Shown piece after piece: positions 37,181-47,096 of a stretch of 64,000 bases of DNA; the stretch's first letter is position 1; the number at the start of each line of letters is the position of its first letter. The stretch spans positions 21,204,001 to 21,268,000 of the forward strand of contig JBHGNT010000008.1 of NCBI GenBank assembly GCA_043228905.1, written 5' to 3'. The DNA comes from Azolla caroliniana. Taxonomy: Eukaryota > Plantae > Polypodiophyta. A program made the translations under genes and the position numbers. The notes under the pieces were generated by a model. It ran no database searches and had not been told where the DNA came from. It saw only the letters and a program-made list of their open reading frames with translations.

Positions 37181-39831
37181 TGTTAAGAATTAGGTAATTA
37201 AGCAAGGGTTAATTAGTATCTAATTATGTGATTAAGTTAAGCGTGGACGATTATGTGATATGTGTGTATGTGTGTGAGAGGAAGAGAGAGAGGAAGATAC
37301 ACTTATGAACAACACAAGATTGGGGATGATTAACTCTATATTAAATTAGCATCAACATCATCATCAAATAAGAAAATACCTACAATGAGGTATATATAGA
37401 TCTCATTTGCAAGGGTGCACATGTGTGAGTAGAATATAGGCACTACGGTGTAAGTCCTATCTAGAATATCCCACTTAAGTACAAGGTTCTATTTGAGGTG
37501 TTATAGTCAACACTTCTATCAAGATTTGATCTAGGTAACTACGAAGTTACATGGTTGACTAACTAACTAACTCTAGTTGAGCTTGATCTCTCAACACACC
37601 CCATCAAGCTCAAGTGTGAAGCATCCGACATCTGGCTTCTGTGTGACTTTCAGAATCGGTATTTTCATGGCAATAGTTTCGGTTCCTCCCCATCAAGCCT
37701 GTGGCGAAGCCTTGGGTCGACTGCTTTAACCCATCATGGGTCACGAGCCACTTCTTGTTTGGCCGCTACCTTCATCGTGAAGGCATAGTGATGGGCCATG
37801 TACTCATTGTAGCCTAGCTGAGTGACGAGATTCTTCTCTCTAAAAGAACGTCCGAGTTTTTCACTCGCCGATGTGAGCACCTTCTTTACTCTGGGTGTCC
37901 GCATGATGGGTACACCGAACTCACTGTCTAGTCAGGGAGCTGACTCATCGGAATCATTATCGTCGGGGTGGTCGACTTCGTATTCGGGCATCTTACCTTT
38001 GCCTTTGTCCAAGGTTATACTTGGTTGCGACGTGCTTGGAATGCTTGAAGGCTTAGGCTGGCTTGGATTGTCCTATGGTAGAGGACTTGTCCGAATATCA
38101 TCCTCCGAGTTGACATTAAACTCTTTCTCAATTGTGTCGGGTGGAGTCGAATCGGGCTTATACCAAGATGCTGATTTGTCGAAGACTACATCTTGACTCA
38201 CCCAAACCACTCGGGTTGAAGGTTTATAACACTTGTATGCCTTCTTCTCAGACGAGTATCCTATGAGGATACACTCCTCCGACTTCGCGTCGGGCTTCTG
38301 TCGGCTTTCGTTTGGGATGTGTACATTCGCAATGCTTCCGAACACCTTGAGGTGCGATGGCGTAATTCGTGAGTTGTCGACTTGTCGAAGTTGACTCGCT
38401 TCTTCTTTTTTGGCACTCCTCCTCGCAATGGCCGATTTTTCCGCAATAGTTGCAAGTTGCAGGGCTCATTTTCCGACTTTGTTTGGCATGGAAGCTCCCC
38501 CTTCTTCCGAAGGGTTCCTTGATGGCTTCCGTCTTGTTGTTGAAGGTTTGAGTTCCCTTCGTGTGATGGGTCGAATCGACCTCTTCTAACGCCTCGATCT
38601 CATCCTCGGCCACCATCCGAATTCGAGAAGAACATTTGTCCTTCTGATGTCTTGGTTTTGGTTTGGGCATGGTTCTCTTCAACCATTAGCATTGATTGAA
38701 TGTCGAAGAATGAAGGAAGGTTTTCCCTCGCCAATATTGTCATCCTCAATGAGTCGAATCGTTGTGCGAGGTCGCCCAAGCATACTTGAACCATCTTGTC
38801 TTCGTCGACGTTTATTTTGATGGTGCCAAGCGAGTCGCAAATTATCTTGATCTTGGCGGTGTAGTCCGACACAAACATGTCTTTTTGCCGAATGTTGTTC
38901 AACTCTTGTCAAAGTTGAAGCTTTCGGGCGGTCCTGTTGGCAGCGAACAATCTTCTTCAAGTTCCCCCATGCCTCTTTAGGTGTCTTGGCATCTCAAATG
39001 TGGCTAAGCATGTGGTCATGGCCACATGTTGCCAAACAATACATGAATCGACTCGCTGCTTGATCCCATGTTGAGTAGTCGGCGTTCCTTGAGTCGGGTC
39101 AATTTTCTTGTGCACCGTTGATGTAGCTCCAATACCCTTGGCCAACAAGGTATTGGTTCATGTTGTACTCCGAAGATGAATAATTGCTTCGATCTAGATT
39201 TTCACTAGGGAGCAAGCTACCCATTTGTGTGTTCATGTTGATTGTAGTGTCTTCTGCTTTTGCTTTCCTTCCTTTAGTCACGTACACGTGGTACGTCACG
39301 ACACTACGGTAGCCGATAACCGGATTTTGTCATCGGCGTCTCGAACACACAATCACAAAGTCGGGTGGGCTTAGTGGATTTTCTAAACCACACGCTCTGA
39401 TACCATGTTAAGAATTAGGTAATTAAGCAAGGGTTAATTAGTACCTAATTATGTGATTAAGTTAAGCGCGGAAGACTATGTGATATGTGTGTGAGAGGAA
39501 GAGACACTTATGAACAACACAAGATGGGGGATGATTAAGTCTATATTAAATTAGCATCAACATCATCATCAAATACAAAAATACCTACAATGAGGTATAT
39601 ATAGATCTCATGTGCAAGGGTGCACATGTGTGAGTAGAATATAGGTACTACGGTGTAAGTCCTATATTAAATGTACTTAGGAGTGGAGGATGTAGAATAT
39701 CCCACTTAAGTACAAGGTCCTATTTAAGGCATTATAGTCAACACTTCTAACTAGATTCTATCTAGGTAACTACGAAGTTACATGGTTGACTAACTAACTA
39801 ACTAACTCTAGTTGAGCTTGATTGCTCAACA
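37181..39831 (-). mobile_element. Internally deleted, non-autonomous Ty1/copia derivative (2.65 kb)
   Basis: LTRs at 37181-37596 and 39406-39831, iMet PBS at 39394-39405, PPT-like sequence at 37597-37608, TSD GATAT/AATAT. It retains gag with zinc knuckle and the integrase C-terminus. Protease, integrase core, RT and RH are absent. Confidence 0.92.
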
Positions 39832-39836
39832 AATAT

Positions 39837-42060
39837 CTCTATAGCTTTCGAGTCCTATATCTTTAGTGCACAACAATTTTGTATAGTTGTATTCAAAATT
39901 TCGTTATGTGTCAGCAACATGAGCTTAAATAGAGTGCAACAACGAGTTCTTAATGGTGATCTTAGAATCAACTGTGACAACATTCCAAGTATAAAGGATG
40001 CAACTAGAAGACATGCAATTGGGTGTATGAAGAACTACTTTAAGCTAAATTGTGAAGTAATGCCAACTATAGGTAGATTGCATCTCTTAGATAATTACAC
40101 ACATCGAGAAGTATATGATACCTCCAAATCAGAAATGTATACGTCAAGTGATAAATACGTCACCTATAGCTAGTTCGCAAGATTGTGGGCAACACATTTT
40201 CATAACGTTATTAAACCTCGAAAAGTACACATGGGGTATTGCTCGATATGAACAAACCTCAAGAGGATGGTTAAAGGTACAAAAACAACAAAGGAAAAGG
40301 ACATCAATAAGAAGTTGTTACAGGACCATCACGAAGTCCAAGCATCGGAGCAAAGGAAAGCAATGCATCATAGAGATAAGTCATTGAAGAATCCAGAACA
40401 ATACATGTGTCTAATGATTGATGGTATGGACCGGAAGAAGGCATCTCTACCTCACATGAAGAGGCTTCCTAAAGACATAAGTGATGAATGTATTGCTCAA
40501 ATGCACTTGGTGGGTTGCTTGGTCTATAATGGGACAATTAAACCACATGTCTTCGTTACTTACCTGAATGTCCACAATGACCCCAACTTGACAGTTACTG
40601 TGATTCAGAGGGTTTTGATGTGCGGGGGGTATCCCTTGCCCCCTATTCTCTATGTTCAACTAGACAATACTACTAGGGAGAATAAGAATTCAACTATCTT
40701 CGGATATTAGAGTATGTTGGTGGACAAGGGAGTGTTTAGGAAAGTAATTTAGTTGACTTCCTTTCGGTTGGTCACACACATGACCATATTGATTAGATGT
40801 TTAGCACATTCTCATGACAGTTGTCTCAATATGATGCTCTCACATTACTGAAGTTATTTGTCATCATTTGTGATGCATATACACCACGTCCGAAAGGGGT
40901 CCACTTAAAGGAGGTATATCACTTTAAGAGATACATATCAGATGGTGGGGAGGGGAATGTTAAAGTTTAGCCCAATTAAACAATATAAGCTTCAATCACA
41001 TTTTCTTAGTAAAGAAAAATGATATAAGTGGTTGTACGCTGTTGTATGCAAAGCAATATTCATCTTCCATGTAATGGGAGTTTGAAGGCAATTGCCAATT
41101 CTTGCTTCATGTGCAATCTACTACAATTTATGGTGCAAAACAAATGTCAATTGAGACTAAAAAGGAAATGCATAGTTATTGGTGGATGAACAGAGGAATT
41201 TTGGATGTAAGCCTTAAAAGAAAAAAAGAAGCATATTGATAAAGCAAAGAAGTACGTTGCACAACAACATTCCTCATGGCGGGACGTGTTCTTTAGTGAT
41301 CATCAAGAAATTATTGATAACTGTGTTGCTGGTAATTGGACCTTGCAAATGCCATTTATGTGTACTATACAACATTCTCGTGATTCTCGATCTCCACTTC
41401 ATGCACCTAATGTGAATCTTGACAGTTTGCTCCATCCACAACAAAGAGACATTTATGTGGGACTAAGGATGACAAAAGGAGCAGAAGCTAGGTGGCAAGG
41501 AAACTTGTAAGAAATTAAGGTTGGGATGTTAATTGCTACACCTATAGATAACAATGACCTTGGGCACCAATTTTGGATTGGTAAAGTTTTGGATGTTCTT
41601 ATGCATGAGAACCAAAATCAGATTGGGTCTATAAAGGTGCATTGGTACAACACTAGAAGCAAAAATGCATTTACAAACAAGTATACATTAGAGATGATGG
41701 AATGCCCAAGGTCAAGAGGAAATAGAAAGAGGAAAAGAAATATTCGTAATACATCGACCCTTACATTAGTGAGGTGGATATCATTGTGTATGACTTTACA
41801 TTGACAAAAGTTAGACGTTTAAGGAAGTCAACGATAAACATAACAATAAAAGAAATTACCAGGTCTACAAGGTCTCTCAGATCGAAAGTGAACAAGATCT
41901 TCAACACATAATTTGGAGTCACACTATTTGGTTTTAGATGAAGACAATGCTTTGGTTGGTACACCTGAAGATGATGAGGAACAATCACCATTGTATATTA
42001 GCTATAGTAGTGATTCTCATGAAAGGAATGATGATAGTGATGCAAAACACTCTTCAATAT
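39837..42060 (+). pseudogene. Decayed DUF7869-type / Sola-like DDD transposase with a C-terminal extra domain
   Basis: Motifs CLMIDGMD, YVQLDNTTRENKN and VGHTHDHID (three candidate catalytic Asp). A downstream FWIGKV...IKVHWY segment and an acidic tail follow. Many stops and frameshifts. The 5' part probably continues at about 36985-37180, before the copia insertion. Confidence 0.7.
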
Positions 42061-42399
42061 AATATTTCTAGCATTGACATATAGCAAATTCCAGCTTGCA
42101 TGAACTCGAATGATATGAAGGTTAATTGTTTTGAAATCTATCACTCCTTATATTGTTGTTTGTCACAAAAATCATAGTTGTCATTTTTCTGAAAAAATAC
42201 ACAATGTAACTTTTCGTATTTGGCCAAATTTTGTGAAATTTCAATTTTATGAAATCATGGTGCAATTTTTAGCTTTTTAATTCGATTTTTGAAAATTTGT
42301 GATACTGGTATCAATGTGTATTGTGAAATGGTTAAAAATGCCCTGAAATCTAATAGAATATTCCTTATCCTTCCATTTGTGTGTAATCCTTACACTTGT

Positions 42400-43410
42400 G
42401 AACGCGAACGTGTTAATCTACACAGTGCAAATAGTAAACCCAATCATCATGTTGGTAGTTGAAGAAACAATGAAAATATCATTTCAACATTTGGTTCGTA
42501 TGTTTTGATCTTCAATCTTAGGAGGATAACTTGAAGAGAGTTTACAACCAATTTGAACGAGCCCATGCAAGTGTTTCCAAAATTCCGAGATGAATTCTGA
42601 ATGTCAATGACTAATGATGTCATTAGGAAGATCATTGTGCCAAAATACTTTACACTTAACCATATCTGGTGTTTCTTGACTATTAAAAGTCTGTGGATTG
42701 AAGGAAATGTTCCATCTTTGTGAGCCAATCCACTCTAGTATGAATGACATCAAAACCTTTGGAAGATGGAAGATCAATATGAAATCCAAAGAGATAGGCT
42801 TACATGGACTATCATAAACTAGTAAGAGTTGATGTCAAGGACATTTAGAATGACAACATGCATCCTAAGTACGAATGTAGTTTTCAACATAACTATGAAG
42901 ATGCGTCCACCAACAGGTTCTAGAAACTAATTCCAAAGTCATGTAGACTCCAAATGTCCAACCATTAGCATGCCACGAAAATGTTGTAAAATTAGGAGGC
43001 TTGAATGACCATTAGGGACACAACAAATTATTTGGAAAATTTAAATTGACATGCCACCTAAATTGATTATAATCTTGACGAGAACCCTCAAACCTTGAAC
43101 AAGAAGCACAATTTAGAATGATATGATTCAAGACCTCTTCTGCAAATTCATCTACATCAAGATCATTGAGAATTGAATAAAGAAGTGTGGAATTTGTGGG
43201 CAGCTTAAAGGCTTTAGTTATCATTACTGTAAACAACCAGGACCAATGAGAACCTATTTTTGATTGTCAAAATCAAGTTCCCCTAAAGGTTTCATGTGGG
43301 AATGCCGTGATAGAGTGTTTGCTTTTCCTTGGTGTATTCCGGGACAATGCATGAGCATAAAATCAAAATGCGTAAGAAACTGTGCCCAATGAGATTGTCA
43401 ATGATTCATC
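42400..43410 (-). mobile_element. Chromovirus (Tcn1-like Ty3/gypsy) RNase H end, linker and integrase fragments
   Basis: Minus-strand WAQFLTHFDF...PGIHQGKANTLSR, ISLDFI, LPNDIISH and NYQHDDWV remnants. Confidence 0.75.
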
Positions 43411-44163
43411 ACCAGGCTGCTCTTTATAAAAAAGAAACCAAGTGCGAAACACACACAAGGTCCTAGGGTTTTAGCCTATATAGGAAGGCTAGCTACCTTC
43501 ATGAAGGGGCACTTTTTTTATTTATTCTTTGGGGATAGAAACTCTGATAGTGTGGCAAAGCTCTAGCTTGATACACATGTGCCCTTTTCTTCTTCAAACC
43601 CAAGGTACAATCCAAGTTTGTACACGGTGGTATGGGACACCGATAGGGGACTTGGATCCATTTCTCACCTTTGCTATAAGGTGATCGGGTAGATGGGCGC
43701 CCTTTCATCGTTATTTTCCTTTTATTGTTGCCTAATGTTAATTCAGATTCTAATAATTAGTAACATTGCGTGATTAATGCTTTCTTGGATAAGCTTGTTT
43801 TTTTTATGTTTATCTTAATCCTAGAGCAATTAACGGTCCATTTTCTCAATCAAAGGACAACCAACTCAAGAACTTTAGTATTCTCCGTTTCTCTTCTATG
43901 ATCATGGGGTGATTGGTTCATCGATATGTGTGGTTCAATTTCATGTTTAATACCCAATTAGGGTTTTGTGTTTAATCGACAATTATAAAACAAGCTTTTA
44001 TTTATTTTTATTCAAAAATAAATAATTAAATTTATTTGCTTTTTTTTTACATATATGCATGTATATGGATATATCTATTTTTTTCTTAATTTTTATTTCA
44101 ATTGATATGATTTATTAATAATAATAAAAAATAAATAAATTATATTTCTATATTTTTTGGTTT

Positions 44164-44509
44164 GTGACCTGCTACAACAGGTCACTTACAAGATATAGCC
44201 TCTTGCAATATGTAACCTTCAGTAGGTTAGCGTGACTTGATGTTCATAGTAGTAGGTCATCACTATTTTGTTCTTAATTTTTAATTTAATTTTATGATTG
44301 ATTCATATTTATTTATATATTTTTTATTTTTTAATTATTTTTTAGGCCATGACCTGCTGTAGCAAGTCACATGCAAGATATAGCCTATAGCGACTCAATG
44401 CAACCTGTTGTAGTAGCTAACATCCAAGAGGTCAAAGTGACATGATGATCACAATAGTAGGTAGCTGTAGTAGGTTAACGCGACTTGTTGACCTATTGCA
44501 ATAGGTCAT
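44164..44509. repeat. Dispersed degenerate 22-bp palindromes (consensus GTGACCTGCTGCAGCAGGTCAC)
   Basis: Copies at 44164-44185, 44349-44370, 44400-44421 and 44488-44509, plus half-copies. Confidence 0.7.
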
Positions 44510-44519
44510 TGCAACTATC

Positions 44520-44686
44520 GTGCCGCCTCGAGGATCTCAAATCGATCTCAAACCAAGGATTGTACCTATTAATAATACTCCATATCGACTTAGTCTTATT
44601 GAAGAAGATGAGATTGCTTCGCAACTTAAGGACTACTTAAGGATGGGTCATGTACGTCATAGTCCTTTTAGTCAAGAAAAAAGATT
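44520..44686 (+). mobile_element. Ty3/gypsy reverse-transcriptase N-terminal fragment
   Basis: PPRG..IDLKP...PINNTPYRLS..E..EI..QL.DYL..G.VR, then LLVKKKD after a frameshift. Confidence 0.75.
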
Positions 44687-44689
44687 TTG

Positions 44690-46468
44690 TTCGGCACTGG
44701 AGCCAGATGCCGAACCACGATAGGGAAGCCCCAGGTCAAAAAGGCGGAGGCTAGACAAGAAAGATGGGCGAGGATTAGTGAAAGACGCACTCGCGGCTGT
44801 GGAGAAAATGACCGTAGGTGACAGCTCCGCAACTACGGAGCCCAGCACCACCTTCAAAATAATCCGGGAACCACGACCGATCATTACGGCCCAGTCACAA
44901 TGAGGTAAAGCCGTATTGACGGCGGAAAGCGAGGTCCTGGCGTATCCAGACATCCCAGACACAACCCATGAGTTCGGCGCACTATTACAGTTCGGAACCT
45001 CTTTTGAGCTCATGGAATTCTTGGCAACATAATAGATAAAAGTCTCACAACGAATGGCTGAGGAGCATGTGGAGCACCAAATGATCGAGCGTGCATTAAC
45101 ACAAACGACGGAAAGTGATGATGAAGACCAGTTAGCCAGAGTCGGCAGATAGAGGAACGCCGGTATACGCCGAATGGGGATGGAACTACCCCCATTAAAT
45201 GCGGTCCTAGTCGAAGTTCATAGGGAATTGGCAAAGGTCAGCATGGGAGCCAAGGAGATGGCCATTAAAAATAAGAATGTCTGGAAGAAGGTTAAACTGA
45301 CCCAAGCCGAGCTGCAAAAAGCTAACGAACGCATCGCGGAGCTGGAAAATAACGCGACTATAGTGCAACAGGCAACTCCACCACCAAACAACGCCGTCGA
45401 AACCCTGAGGGAAGAGATTGAGGCTTAGACCGCCATTGCCTCAAAATAAAAAAGGGCCATACAACTAGCGGAATTAGAAATTGATCGCCTCCGCGCTGAA
45501 CTTCGCCAGTCCTCAGACAGGGAAAAGGACATTTGGGCCAATGGCCGAAAGGCAGTAGGAACCCTTGATGAGAAACTCGCAGCGGAGACAACACATCACA
45601 CCCGGACGAAAGAAGAAAACGCCCAATTACAGGAGGAAGCGAAAAAATCGGAAGCGGCAATCACAGGACTCCGAGCCCTATTAGAGAAAAAGAAAGCATG
45701 GTTGGACGAGCAGCTGGTGGGCGAACAGGAGAGAAGGCATCAACTCGAAATCCGCCTGAACAATGAAATGGGAATCCCAACTTTGGGCAGGTATGAAGAG
45801 CACGTATGAGGATGCGGCGGCGGTTAATCAGCAAGAAATTGCAAACCTCAAGAAATCTGTAGAGGAAGCATGCAACCGTTGCCAAGCCATCACGGACAAC
45901 GTGCGTATCCTTCTACAAACGAATCGGGAGAGGTTTACGACGCAATTAAAAATGACACTAGACAAAGGATGGATGACGTGGGCTGCACAAGCGGTGGAAT
46001 TGCATGCGTATCGAGCGGATTGGGAGAATCGCAGGAAAGACGATCGAGGCTTCTATAAACTAAATGAGGAAAGCATTGCCGCAATACGCGAGGACCTAGC
46101 GCAAGACCATCGCACGCTAGCGGACCAACATTTCGAAGAACTTGCAATGCTACTAGATGATTTTGGCGAAAGTCAGGAGGATATGTTTCACCAGAGCATG
46201 CAAGTCGGCAACACGCGAACAAATGAGGAATCCATCGCGACACCGTGTTAGGGTACTGCTGAACAAGAGGAACCTCAGGCCAGGTCACTAGAAATTACCA
46301 CTATGGTGAACAGTGTGGAACGGTGAGCGGAGTCCCCCGCAATACCAAACAATGACACCACTGCCCAAGTGTAACCCTAGCCACCGGAGCAGACGCTTAC
46401 GACTGACCACACAGAGAACATCCTAGACCAAGAGGAACCGCAAACCCACTTCTTAGACCCAGGGACCC
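44690..46468 (+). pseudogene. Long degenerate coiled-coil ORF of unknown family (probably a TE accessory ORF)
   Basis: One reading frame persists from about 44690 through 45428, interrupted only by C>T-type stops (SPRSKRRRLDKK, ELQKANERIAELE). Further E/K/Q-rich ORF pieces run to 46251 and beyond. Confidence 0.55.
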
Positions 46469-47078
46469 AGGTAGTTAGAGCATAGACATCGCATAAGTAG
46501 GGAGAGATACGAGGAGAGTAAATGAGGGGAGAAAATCTAGGACAAGAGTGACGGGTCATGAATGCTTGTAACGGTCATTCCTTGAGCTATAAAAGGGGCG
46601 ACCTTTGATTGTCTTCGGGGGGGGGGGGGGGGGCATCTAGAAAAAAAGGGTACACGGAGAAAGACCGAGGAAGGACCGTGGAAGAAGGCGCTTCCCCTTT
46701 GCTCGCGTCAGATGCCCAAGTGCTCCCGACCTGGGGATCGACCTTCTGCGCACCGCCATCTCTTTGTACCTGGCTATTTCGCCAAGCTCCGCGCTCCTTC
46801 ACTGGCTATGATCCGGCTGTAACCACTCACAACACCGTGCACCTGTGTTTTAATAGAACTCTTTCTACCGAACATACTTCATTCTCAGTGTCTTTGTCCG
46901 TGTCTGTGTCTACGCGTGACTCTCTTGATCTCTCTCGTTTGCTAGACTTGCTCTCCTGTGGGCTCAAGACCTACGCGGGCCCCAAACTCCTCCCTCCTCG
47001 TTTTCCTGATTCGTTGGTTCGAGACCCCTGTGGTCTTGTCCGACTTCTATGCATCCACGAGGATTTCCTCGACATATT

Positions 47079-47096
47079 TGGTGAACCCGACGTGAA
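47079..47096 (+). promoter_or_regulatory. Primer-binding site complementary to tRNA-Trp
   Basis: TGGTGAACCCGACGTGAA, 4 nt after the LTR, is the reverse complement of the plant cytosolic tRNA-Trp 3' end as recalled (...TTCACGTCGGGTTCACCA). Confidence 0.85.

Noticed and set aside
44654-44657. ACGT as the left TSD of the gypsy element
   Set aside because: It is not adjacent to any LTR terminus. The true left end of the element is deleted.
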